A stretch of DNA of 64,000 bases from Macrostomum lignano (taxonomy: Eukaryota), in the NCBI GenBank assembly GCA_002269645.1, contig NIVC01000782.1:149312-213311 (forward strand), given 5' to 3'. Made by a program: the position numbers and the translations under genes. Positions 1 through 26,800 of the stretch are shown in pieces (positions within the stretch are counted from its first letter, which is position 1; each line of letters begins with the position of its first letter). Below the pieces are notes generated by a model. It saw only the letters and a list, made by a program, of their open reading frames with translations. It was not told where the DNA came from and did not search any database.

Positions 1-35
1 CTGTGGTAGGCGGCTGGACAGCGGACACAGCTGAC
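1..35 (-). CDS. NSD: NSD-like gene, internal exon (continues beyond window); PHD finger segment VSCVRCPAAYH
   Basis: The minus strand reads CCACCAG|GTC AGC TGT GTC CGC TGT CCA GCC GCC TAC CAC. It is phase 0, matching the upstream exon. CVRCPxAYH is the NSD-family PHD motif. Not in the ORF track. Confidence 0.8.
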
Positions 36-39
36 CTGG

Positions 40-330
40 TGGGGACAGTGGCTAGATCAGGTGAGACAGTGGCTAGATCAGGTGAGACAGTGGCTAGATC
101 AGGTGAGACAGTGGCTAGATCAGGTGAGACAGTGGCTAGATCAGGTGAGACAGTGGCTAGATCAGGTGAGACACTGGCTAGATCAGGTGAGACAGTGGCT
201 AGATCAGGTGAGACAGTGGCTAGATCAGGTGAGACACTGGCTAGATCAGGTGAGACACTGGCTAGATCAGGTGAGACAGTGGCTAGATCAGGTGAGACAG
301 TGGCTGGATCAGGTGAGACACAGTGAGAGC
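40..330. repeat. 21-bp intronic minisatellite (GACAGTGGCTAGATCAGGTGA)n
   Basis: Directly visible tandem array; explains ORFs 3..326 and 61..336. Confidence 0.95.
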
Positions 331-1340
331 ACATGACACCCTGAGCAACATGAGACACAGTGAGAGTAAACATGAGACACAGTGAGAGCACATGAGACTC
401 AGTGAGAGCACATGAGACACACTGAGCACATGAGGCACACTGAGCACATGAGATACACTGAGCAGATGAGGCACACTGAGCACGAGGCACACGGAGCACA
501 TGAGACACACTGAGCACATGAGGCACACTGAGCACATGAGGCACACGGAGCACATGAGACACACTGAGCACATGAGACACACTGAGCACATGAGACACAC
601 TGAGCACATCAGACACACTGAGCACATCAGACACATGCTCAGTGAGCACACTGAGCACATGAGACACTGAGCACATTAGACACACTGAGCACATGAGACA
701 CACTGAGCACATGAGACACACTGAGCACATCAGACACACTGAGCACATCAGACACACTGAGCACATGAGACACTGAGCACATTAGACACACTGAGCACAT
801 GAGACACACTGAGCACATGAGACACACTGAGCACATCAGACACACTGAGCACATTAGACACACTGAGCACATGAGACACACTGAGCACATGAGACACACT
901 GAGCACATGAGACACACTGAGCACATCAGACACACTGAGCACATGAGACACATTGAGCACATCAGACACACTGAGCACATCAGACACACTGAGCACATGA
1001 GACACACTGAGCACATCAGACACACTGAGCACATGAGACACACTGAGCACATGAGACACACTGAGCACATGAGACACACTTGAGCACATGAGACACACTG
1101 AGCACATGAGACACACTGAGCACATGAGACACACTGAGCACATGAGACACACTGAGCACATGAGACACACTGAGCACATGAGGCACACTGAGCACATGAG
1201 ACACACTGAGCACATGAGACACACTGAGCACATCAGACACACTGAGCACATGAGACACACTGAGCACATGAGGCACACTGAGCACATGAGACACACTGAG
1301 CACATGAGACACACTGAGCACATGAGACACAGTGAGCAGC
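331..1340. repeat. 18-bp intronic minisatellite (GACACACTGAGCACATGA)n
   Basis: Directly visible tandem array; explains the MRHTEH/MCSVCL repeat ORFs. Confidence 0.95.
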
Positions 1341-1349
1341 ACATCCTAC

Positions 1350-2396
1350 CTGAACTCCCACAGCCGCCTGCCCCGCAGAGCAGCCGTCAAGAACGCAGCT
1401 CCTACAGGCGTGCCTCGGACAGGCAATCAAGCTGTCAGCCTCCCACCGAGCCAGCAACCTGTGACTCGCACCGGAGCTCAGACCAGCAGCCCTAGCCGCA
1501 TCCAGCAGGTCATCCAGACAGCCTCCGTGATACACCCTAGAACAGGTCTGGCACACGGCTCGCCGATCGGGGCCCATAGCAACAGTTGCCATGGCAACAG
1601 GCCGATCGCAGAGTCCGCAGAGGCCGCCAGGCTGGTCAGGACGGCAGCAGTTGTCGCACAGCAGTTTTGGCTGCCTACGCAGCAGGCAGTCCTGGTGGAA
1701 CAGGCGGGCGCAGACGCCCTGGCAGGCGGCCAGAGTGCCGGGCGGCCCAGCAGGATTTGAAGGCTCCTCGCAGCGGCCGCACACGGCCAACTGCAGACTG
1801 TCGAGGAGCCGCCGCTTCGCCGATGGCCCCAACGGTGGCGGCGGTTTCAATCGCTGGAATTGAAATCGAATCGCTGAGCCAGTTGTTGAAAACTTCTGCG
1901 AGCCGTCGTCAGCACGCGAGGAGGATGAGCTGGAGCTGTCGGAGTCGCTGTCAATGCTGTTGGGAGCCTCCTGGCTGTCCGCCTGTGCCCGAACCTCCTG
2001 CTGGCTGACAGCTGAAGTTCGTTGAACAGGTGCCGAAGGCTTCACCACCGCCGCTGTCCAATGCTTTTTCTTACTACTAGAAGTAGCAGCTCTGCATTGC
2101 TGCTGCTGTCGGTGAGAACTTTCACTCCAGTCGCTGTCGCTGTCCTCCTTGACGACCCGAGTTCGACCTGCTCGCTTGTCACTGTGGGCATCTTTCTTGG
2201 CCAGGTTCTCCGACGGGGTCCCTGAATTGGAAGTCTTCGATGTGGAATCGTCATAGTAGACACGGCCGAAGCGGTACATTCGCTCCAGATGAGGCAGCTT
2301 GAGCGCCTCCTCAGCCTCGCGCCAGCTGGCCTCCCAGACTGGTTGAATCCGGGGCCGAACTTCGAACTGGGCTCGGGCCGCCTTAGTGCGCCATCC
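1350..2396 (-). CDS. NSD: NSD-like gene exon: post-PWWP helix, low-complexity linker, tandem PHD fingers
   Basis: Acceptor TCTCTCCGCAG|GGA at 2396 and donor CAG|GTAGG at 1349; 1047 nt, phase 0/0. WEASWREAEEALKL resembles the NSD post-PWWP helix. Cys/His patterns CGRC..CQGVCARLFHQDC..CDNC and CGLC..CQTCSRVYHGGC..CPRHACRSC match NSD PHD1-3. Confidence 0.85.
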
Positions 2397-2429
2397 CTGC
2401 GGAGAGAGCGGGGATTCTGGAGTTGCGAC

Positions 2430-2705
2430 TCCTGTGGTCTGAGGGGAGATTCCTGTGGTGTCTGAGGGAGATTCCTGTGGTGTCTGAGGGGAGATTCCTG
2501 TGGTGTCTGAGGGAGATTCCTGTGGTGTCTGAGGGGAGATTCCTGTGGTGTCTGAGGGAGATTCCTGTGGTGTCTGAGGGAGATTCTTGTGGTGTCTGAG
2601 GGAGATTCTTGTGGTGTCTGAGGGGAGATTCTTGCAGTGTCTGAGGGACTTCCTGTAGGGTCTGAAGGTAATTCTTGTGGGTTTCATGTAAGATCTGAAG
2701 GTGTC
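2430..2705. repeat. 21-22-bp intronic minisatellite (GAGGGAGATTCCTGTGGTGTCT)n
   Basis: Tandem array inside NSD intron 2397-2756. Confidence 0.9.
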
Positions 2706-2756
2706 TCACAGGACTAAAGAGACACGATGAGAATGACAGGTGCCAAAGTAACTCAC

Positions 2757-3092
2757 CTGCTCCTCCACGTACTCGTCGAACGCAGCCTTGCCGTGGAACG
2801 GCAGCAAGTTGGCATTGTCGGGCACCCAGGCCCTTTCAACTAGCGGGCCGAAGAACTGCACATGGTAGGCGTACCGGGTCCCCGCCTTGCTGTGCGGCTT
2901 GCAGATGGTGTTGGACTCGGGGCCAAAGTACACCATGCACGGCCAGTAGGGGTGGCTGCCCACCTTCGCCCACAGCATGTCGCCAAGGCGATAGCGTTGC
3001 CCCGGCAACGACTGAGGCTCAGGGATGCTGAAGTCGGCTAGACTGTCCGGATGTGGCTGGGTTGCTATGAGGGATTTGTTGGAGAGCGACAT
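2757..3092 (-). CDS. NSD: NSD-like gene PWWP-domain exon (5' boundary uncertain)
   Basis: LGDMLWAKVGSHPYWPCMV...YHVQFFG..ERAWV is a PWWP domain of NSD type. Donor CAG|GTGAGT at 2756. The start is placed at the ATG at 3092, but the frame is open to 3221. Confidence 0.8.
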
Positions 3093-3261
3093 CTCGACAG
3101 GGGAGGCAGGAGTGACGAGAAGAAATGTGAAGAAAATTGAGACTTCGCGGTTATACCTGACAAGTTCCATAGAGAAAACTTGTAGCCATGTCTGGCAAAA
3201 TAAATTTAAAGTTATATTCATATTTGAGTAATTTTTATCTCAGCGCTTTGCCGCGTTTTCT

Positions 3262-3620
3262 GGGAAATTCCCCTTGAACCTCAAAGGTCATATCTGAGAA
3301 ATTCCCCTGAACCTCATGGCCATACCTAAGAAATTCTCCTGAACCTCATGGCCATACCTGAGAAATTTCCCCTGAACCTCATGGCCATACCTAAGAAATT
3401 TCCCCTGAACCTCATGGCCATACCTAAGAAATTTCCCCTGAACCTCATGGCCATACCTGAGAAATTCCCCCTGAACCTCATGGCCTTATTTGAGAAATTC
3501 CCTTTGAACCGCATGGCTAGAGCTGAAAATTCCCCTGAACCTCATGACCATACCTGAGAAATTCCACTGAACCTCATGGCCATATCTGAGAAATTCCCCT
3601 TGAACCTTATGGCTATATTT
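3262..3620. repeat. about 33-bp minisatellite (GAGAAATTCCCCTGAACCTCATGGCCATACCT-like)
   Basis: Tandem array between the CHD and NSD coding regions. Confidence 0.9.
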
Positions 3621-4377
3621 GAGAAATCTGCTCCAGAGAATGCAGAACAATTTCAAATAACTGAGTGCTTGATCTCCAATATAAAAAAGCAGGAAATATT
3701 TTATAAGCGCCAAACAAGGGAAATGAAACTGCAATTACAATTAAAATATATTAATTATTAAACAATAATGCACTCGAGTAGTTAAACAACAAACATAGCG
3801 GCATTAAAACACTGGGCCATTGAAACATGAACAAAGTAAGTTCAATAATAGCAAAATTGGCTTCAGAAAACAACAATAAAAGTTGGCCCACAGCAAACAT
3901 ACTACTATAGTGGCTAAACAAAAGCAGTAGTGTCTATAGGCTACAGACATTTAATTTTTCATTATTATTGTTTTTTCAGTGCCGGTGCAATGCTGATTTA
4001 TAATTGTTTTACGATTAAAATGCTGAGCAAGTTTTTCCAATACCGGCTGGCGTGCACTACTGATAAGCGGACTGAATAAGTAGGCAGTAGCGAGTTTCAA
4101 ACCGGATTTAAAATTGGAGTGTCAAAATGAATGTAGCAAAAGGCTGTACAAAACCAGAAATATGCGACAGGATATGTCAGACGATATGATTTTCGAACTT
4201 TATGGAAGTTACTAATAATTATAAATTAGTAGGAACTCGGTTAGTGAACAATAATTTACAGTATATTAATAACAGAAATTAAAAAAATGAAGCTAATGAG
4301 TTGCTTCAATTTTGACACTGAGCAAGTTTTACGCAAGCAAGTGCTCACAATTATGGGATTGGTGAGGGGATTAAAAC

Positions 4378-4848
4378 CATGAGAAACTGGGGGAATTCAT
4401 GAGAAACTGGGGAATTCATGAGAAACTGGGGAATTCATGAAAAACTGGGGGAAATTCATGAGAAACATGGGGAATTCATGAGAAAAATTGGGGGAATTCA
4501 TGAGAAACTGGGGAATTCATGAGAAAAATTGGGGGAATTCATGAGAAACTGGGGAATTCATGAAAAACTGGGGAATTCATGAGAAACGTTGGGGGAATTC
4601 ATGAGAAACTGGGGAATTCATGAGAAACATGGGGGATTCATGAGAAACTGGGGAATTTATGAGAAACTGGGGAATTCATGAGAAACCGGGGAATTCATGA
4701 GAAACTGGGGAATTCATGAGAAACCGGGGAATTCATGAGAAACTGGGGGAAATTCATGAGAAACATGGGGAATTTATGAGAACTGGGGGAAATTCATGAG
4801 AAACATGGGGAATTTATGAGAACTGGGGGAAATTCATGAGAAACTGGG
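4378..4848. repeat. about 19-21-bp minisatellite (CATGAGAAACTGGGGAATT)n
   Basis: Tandem array downstream of the CHD stop. Confidence 0.9.
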
Positions 4849-4959
4849 ATTAAAGATAAAGTGCAACAATATGCATGGTTGGCTTAAGTTATGAGAACTG
4901 GCAGTATAATTTTAACACGGAAGTCTAATTAAAGTCGGGATTCGAACTCGCGACCTGTC

Positions 4960-19456
<14,497 letters not shown>

Positions 19457-19522
19457 GACAGCTCGGCTGAGTCAGCAGCGAAGTGATTGTTTGAGCTCGC
19501 ACATGTATGCATTCATTACATT

Positions 19523-19828
19523 TTATGCTATGTATGTTATGTTATGCCCAACTAGGGCCAGATGTGCAACCGACAGCTCAGCTGCAGCTATTGCACAGCG
19601 CATCTGAGAGCTGATTACGGCTGTTCAGTCCAAGGACTGGTGGGTCACCACACACACTCAATTACCCCAGCTAATGCTGGCACCCATTTTACAGCTGGGT
19701 GAACTGAAGCAATGCAGAGTTATTAGTGTCTTGCTCAAGGACAAAAATTGTCCCAGTGGGATTGGGAATTGAACCCCTGACCTATAAGTTGTAAGTCTGA
19801 TACTCTAAAAATTAGGCTATAACTCTCT
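19523..19828 (-). mobile_element. tRNA-derived SINE, family B, copy 2
   Basis: Homologous to 6738-7035 along its length; (CATAA)n-type tail near 19525-19546. Confidence 0.85.
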
Positions 19829-20749
19829 TACAACTGAAAGGTTTAAATATTTAATTCTTAACCACAAAAACAATGTTTACTTGAGCAAGATACTTAACTT
19901 TGCCTTGATTCAGTTCAATAATTATAAATTTGAGTAAGATGCTAAATTATTATTTTCTTTTTTTATAATTAATAAAATATGATAACACATCTGCAACCAT
20001 TTTACTTGAACTTAGGTGTTATTTATTTTTAAGCTAACTTGTTCTAATTTATTCTTGTAACAGTTTTATTCAATAAACTTTGTTTGGAAGGTACCAGCTA
20101 GCAATTGAAGCAAAAATAAATATACTCAAAATAATTTTGTTTAATACTAATTATATTCAATTAAATCTAATATTACTAATTTAATTATCAACATTTATTT
20201 GTATGCTTATTGCTAAGGTACCAAAAAGCAAACTAGGGTACCAAGTTGCTAGGCACCAAAAAGTATACCTATACTTTTAGCAAGCATGTGGCATAATAAA
20301 GGGCCTTATCAAAAACTACTCAAGATTGACTTAACTGTTAAAAATTTGTTAGGTCCCACTCCCACACTTTCAAATATATTGCACGGCACACTAGAAAAAA
20401 TTACCCTAATAAAAACCATAACTTCAAGTTTATAGATGTTTTTTGCATTGCAACAATATTAAGATCTTTTTTTATATTACAACATCTTAGTCTTGTATGC
20501 CAATAGCTATGCTATAGCTTTGTCCCTTTGTGATGCAATTTGTTCTATATTCTAGATATTTTATATTAACCATTTTTTCATATCTATTGTATGCTAGAAG
20601 TTTTTGGCATATATATATAAGATTTAAGCATAGAGGTTAGGCCTCATGACTTGATTTAAGGTCTTAAGCATCTCTTAAGCTTAGCTTAAAAAGATCTAGG
20701 CCTTCTAGCATTAGTGCCAGGGTATAGCCTAACTTTTAGGGGGCTATAG

Positions 20750-21250
20750 AAAATCCTAGAGACATGTCCATGCCACACTCCAGATCATGTAATATATGCC
20801 CAAAAATTCAGGCATGAACTGGCCTTGCATGCCAAAATTAAGTGCGCACAATTGGCATGTCACTCCTAAGAAAAAAGTATGTGTGCACACCTGGCATGTA
20901 ATTTATAGAATCAGGCATAACAGTTTTTGGGAAGTAGAAAAAAACTGAAAAAAAAGTTAAATTTCAAGCTTTCCAGTTTTTTCAAGCTTGTAAGAAGCAT
21001 TTAAACAAATCTTTGCATGTATTAATTTTCTGCTATAAATAGTATTGCCAAAAAAGCATAAAAATCAACTAAATTATATGCTGCTAAGGGTCTTATTATG
21101 CAATTTAAAGAAGGCCATTCATTGTCAAAAGCTAAAAAAGGTTATTTATTATTGCAACACCAGCATATTTTTGGGAATGGGTGTGCACTAATTTTTTTTT
21201 GGTATGCATCAAATATTCCCCATTTATACCAGTGCTAAGGCAAAAAATGC
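20750..21250. repeat. Internally deleted copy of dispersed element also at 46915-48020
   Basis: 20754-20900 aligns by eye with 46916-47045 and 20900-21200 with 47650-47960 in the same orientation. Confidence 0.7.
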
Positions 21251-23500
21251 TGGCATTCCTTCAGTTTACGATCACCCCAAACAGTGACAATCACCTCAAA
21301 CAGTGACAATCACCACAAAAAATAGTTGTAAGACATAAAATCCATAGTTTCCAATGAAACAAAATCAAATGTTGGCAAACTGACTTTGTTTATTTCAAAA
21401 GATGGTAAGATTGTTGTAGCACCTTATATTTCACCTTCAGTTTATGATCACCTAAATGTATGCTACCCATTGAAATGATTGTAAAATGTAAACTGAAGCT
21501 AGCAATAGGAAAACCTGTCAAACTAATTTCAAGTATCAAGTTGCAAGTTTGAGCTACAGTAGCCTATATTTTTCACCTTTGGTTTATGATCACCCAAGCA
21601 TATGTTGCCCATTAAAATGATTGTGAACTGAAGCTAGCCATAAGAAAGTGCAGTACTAAGGGTTGGCATGCTTTCCTATAGCCAGCTTTGGTTTAAGATC
21701 ATTTCAATGGAGTACATGTGTAGAAGTGATTGTAAACCAAAAGTGAGGGGGTGCAGCGCTGAAGATTAATTATACTAAGCTAGGGTTGACATGGTTTCCT
21801 ACAGCCAGCTTTGGATGATTGTAAACCAAAGGTGATCTATATAAGCTACTAGTGAACCAATGTACAATCTTTTCAATTTCAAATAAACAAAGTTAGTTGA
21901 TCAGCCAACTTTTGCTTTCTTTTCATTTGAAACTACTATTGGTTTTTATGTCTTAGTTTTAAACATGCCATTTTTGTACTGTGGTAAGCAAAATATAAGG
22001 TGATTGTAAACCAAAGCTGGAAAAATAGGTGATCATAAATTGAAACTGGCAAAATAAACAATGATTATAAATCAAAAGACTGCCAAAAATGCTTTTGTGC
22101 CACACTTATCCCTATTGGAATAAGTTGACAAAATGTGGATGGCCATCCATTGCATTTTCAGATTCTCCTAGTGTCGCGTTGCGTGACAGTGGTGTCAAGT
22201 GGTGTGTTGCATCACGCGACACTGTGAAAACCTGGTGTCGTCATGTGTCGCATCGCGCAATGCGACAGTGTGGCAACTTGGTGGCTGGCGTCGTCATGTG
22301 TTGCATTGCGGCCTGGATCTGTAGCCAAAACCTCGCAAACTCTGTTTAATTGTAATATGTTCATGGTTGTTTCTAGGTATTTAAATGTTTTAAACATGTT
22401 TGATAATAACTAGTTCTTAAATTGTTCTTTTTTATTTTGACAGTAAAGTAACTGATACTTCAAATATAATTTTTAGAAATGTTACTTGTTAGTTACAATG
22501 TGTGCACTGTTTTTCTAAGTGTTGTACCTTTGTTGTTTTACTGTTTATTGTTTTTAAATTTCATTTCTTTTTCTGCAAAATTGAAAGGAATACTCTTGTC
22601 CCTCGCCCCATGGTGGTCTCAATGTCGGGGGTGAATGGCAGAATGGGAATTGTCAATTGCATTGTGGCTACTATGGTGTCCTCCCCCCCCCTAGTCATTT
22701 GGTCAACAGATATTGGTGTTGCAATGCACATCGCCGCCCCCTAGTCAACAAAATTTGGTGTCACGTTGCACTTTTGAGGGCACAATTTTGGTACCCATGT
22801 TGCGCGTCCATAGGCTTTTGAAACTTATTCCAATAGGGACCTTAGTCCTTATTGACCCTGGCAAAATTTGTCATTATTGACTGAAAAAAAATATATATAT
22901 ACATGTACATATCTGGCAAACTTGTGAAACTCTTAATGGTTTATATGTGCTTAGCTTTTATTTGTTTAAAAACTTGCATGATTAAATTTAAAATATTGAA
23001 TATAGACCCATTATACTTACAATAAAACAAAGTTATTGTATTTATTTTAAAAGCATAACAACTGACTTATCATTATATTAGGCAAACATTAAATAGACAT
23101 TAATTTAAACTTAGTTTAAACTTTAAACTTAGAAACAATATATCCCAAAAAAGTTGCTTACAAAATTCATATGCCAAAAAACTTGCACAACTTAAGGCTT
23201 TAAGCTATGGGACCTACCTAGGCAGGATAAAAAAATTGTGCAAAAAAGTGCACAATGTTTTGTACCAAAATAACCATGCAAAGATTCTATTAGTGGCTTA
23301 ATAGTAGAACTAGCATATACATACAAGGATAGTATTCAAATATTATTTTAAATTGGATAGGCCTAGCTCAAGAATGAGAAGTCTAGAGACTATAGGAGTA
23401 CAGTGTTGTACATTTAGGCTAGTGGCCTAAGACTATTTACTATTCCTAGGCCGGCCTACCAAACTAATGTTTTAACTGGGGCTGGTTTATTAGGCCTAGC

Positions 23501-23898
23501 TAGTAGAGGTCGGACAGGATCCTGATCCCAATCCTGAAATTTTGGGATCCCAAAGAAAATTGAATTTCCGCGGGACCAGAATCCCAACCCTAATAAACTC
23601 GAGATTCGGGAATAGGTCTTTTGATTAAAAATTTATAGAAGTACCCTAGTGATTACTTGAAGGTATTTTGCTTTAACTTATACTCGTTACATTATTTACT
23701 TTGTTGGTTACAAAACTTCATATCAATTTTGTTGTGTTTTACTTCTTGATTTTGACAATATTTTCTCAATTTTGTTTAACTTTACATGGACAATACACTG
23801 AAAGACCTGATCCCGATTCTTAAATCCTGATCCTGAGAAAAAAATTATTTCCAATCCCAATCCTGCCCAAAGATTTCAATCCTGTCCGACCTCTACTA
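23501..23898. mobile_element. MITE, 398 bp, 20-bp perfect TIR
   Basis: TAGTAGAGGTCGGACAGGAT ... ATCCTGTCCGACCTCTACTA; flanks GGCCTAGC/GTACTAGC match 6 of 8 (hAT-like TSD length). Confidence 0.75.
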
Positions 23899-26800
23899 GT
23901 ACTAGCTAGAGCTTTAGCAATATATTTATCAACTATTATAGTATTTAATTTTCAATCTAACATGACATAGGCCCCTACACCTACTAGCCTAAACTAGAGT
24001 TTACACTCTACTTCACACATGACAGACCTGTATAACTTCTGAAATTAGTGTCTGAAAATGCGTCAGCAAAAGTTAACTGTTACGACACAATAAGTAGACC
24101 ATCCAAAGTTCCAAAAAGCAAGCTTCCTCCTAAAGGACTGGGGGGTAATTCCACGAGATGATGGTCATTGGGTTAGAGCAAATAATAATCAGTAATCATA
24201 CAAAAAACAAACTAAATTGAGACTGTGAGTTCTATATTTATGGGCGTGACCTCTAGATTGAGATGAGATACATTTTAAAGTCATTTGTCTTACTGTGTTG
24301 ATTTAGCAGAGAGAAACTTTCGATGACGGTCGTTTTTAGTGAAAGTTTATGTATCCAACTTTATAACTTAAGTTTAAGATTCCTGCAAATCAGGCAAGTT
24401 TTTGTCTCAATTGATCATTAATTGTAGTAAACAATAGCTAGATGAATGGTAACAAACAATTATTACATTTTAGTAGATAACTTTAACTGTGTTGCACATT
24501 TTTTCTTAAATGACGGTCGTTGACTGACGGTTGTTTGTTTCAAAAAAATGACCTTCAGTTTTAAAAAGTGTATTAGGATTCTCTATTTTTAGATACAATC
24601 TTGGTTAAAAGATTGTTTATAATCCATAGTTGTTCATATAAAAACTATAACTTGCGTGTCTAACCATAAAATTTATTATATCTGTTTCACATTTCAGATC
24701 AAACGTACTTATGCACCTTCAACAAAAACATCACTTCATGATTGCACAACTCAACATATGATCATAAAGATGGACAGTCCTAATCTATTCAAGAATTCAA
24801 AGAATAGAATATAACAATTAACAAAACCAAAGGCAAATATAGATTATTTGTTAGGCAATAAGCAGTAGCACCAATGGATAGTAAAAACTTGAGTCTAGTT
24901 AGACTACTTATGCCGAAGATTGGGGCATGTGTTAAGGTGCATTGCAAACTAAAGTGGAGAGTTCTAGGTGCATGGTTAGTAATTAGAACAACCTTTTTAA
25001 TAGTGCAGGTGCAGGTTGAAAATGATTTTATGGTATCAAACAAGTAATTGACAGTATACATTTTTAATAAAAGACTTGAATTCCACTATATTTTTCTTTA
25101 CAATCAAAACTGTAAAAACTTTGAAAGAGAAATTGAATAAGTAATTCACATTTAAAAAAGACATGATTTTAGAATATCAGTAAATTCAGTTTTTTGTATA
25201 AAATTTAGGAATAAATGATAGTAATTCAGGTTTTATGAAGATCAACAGATTTCAGAATACCAGAAAATGATGGTCATTAGGTAACTTTGCAGGGTTTTTT
25301 TAGCATGTTACACTTATCATAATGTAGTAGTGGTACCTTATTTCTAGGAATTATTGTTTTTGAACTAACGCGAAAATTAATATTCTTTTGTTATAATACG
25401 CGAAATATTCTCAAGTTGTAAGAGTTTGTTTTAAATATACGCGATTGATTGGTATAAATAGGAGAAAGCCGAAGGGATGGAAGAATAACTCGTTCGTTAG
25501 CTATAAGCTCAAAACGTGTTCGATAAACATTCTCAGATCTTTGCTCATTTTAAAAAGGTATTGAAAGCCAAGAATTGGGAATTCATGCAGAGAGAGTACT
25601 AAGAGTAATCGCTGTGACCCTCTAATCTCGGTAACGCCCAGACTGGAGAGAGAAAGTACATATACCAGTAAGACCGCTCAGGCCATATACTAAGAACGCT
25701 ACCAGACTAATACATAAGACACTACCAGAAACGCTACTAAAAACGCTACCCAGAAAATACATGAGATTCTAAGAAACAGTTAGAAATACTAAAAGCAGAA
25801 TTTAGTATCAGCAGTATAAATTCGATAACAGGGAATTTGAAGGCCTGTCACAACTTGGTGTCAGCGGCTGAGATTTCTAGACAGAGGAATTAGCCCTAGT
25901 ACAACTTGGTAACAGCGGTGAAATCATTTGTAGGGACAGAAGTTACCCCTGGTACAATAAACTAACAAAAATGACTATAAACTTAAATATAGGCTCAGAA
26001 AATATTTTAGCAAAAAATTATCAACTTATAAACCTCTTGAAAATTAGTACAACAACTTTTTGTAAAAAAAATGATGGTCGTTTTTAACACTTAAAAAGGG
26101 AAGTCAAACTTTTTAAAATAAAAAATTATGATAGATAGAACTATATTAGATCATAAAACTTTATAATTTCAGTCTTTAGATATAAGAAAGAAAGATTTTT
26201 ATTATTTATGCACTTGATGCATTATGTTTATTAACTTTTTTCTTATTGAAAACTAGATTAAACTTTTTATAATGTCCCGCGGGACATTTAAAATCTTGCA
26301 AGGGTACCATGATCAAAACAAAATATATATACCTAGAGGTAGATAAATGTGTATGAAACTACATAAAAATGAAACTATACATAATTATATGCAAAATGAA
26401 ATATTCACATTTGCAAATAATTTTTAAAAATATTTCTATACCTTTGATGACCCTATCATGGAATAACCCTGGGGGTCATCTAAAACGAAATAGTCTCTAA
26501 TTCAATATACAACAATCTTGTCCGTAGTTTGACATTTCAGGGAAGTAAAAAGCTCGAAATTTTTTTATTTATAGATATTGTAGGCCCTGACTGCCAGGGA
26601 GCCAGTGACTGACTGGCGCTGCAGCCTGCAGGCTGCAGCTAGCCTGCCCTAAGTAAGTAGTACTGACGAGACAATCGTCCTAGTTTTGGTTTTAGTGGAT
26701 CGAGCCAATGCTTGATTGGTATGATTGATGCATTCCAGCCAGCGACTAGGCCTAATATGGAAGCGAAATATTATACTGAGTAACTGAGGGAGGGAGGGTC

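Noticed and set aside
3-1344. Multiple long ORFs (VARSGET, MRHTEH, MCSVCL repeats)
   Set aside because: Translations of 21- and 18-bp intronic minisatellites open in several frames; the true exons flank them with clean splice sites
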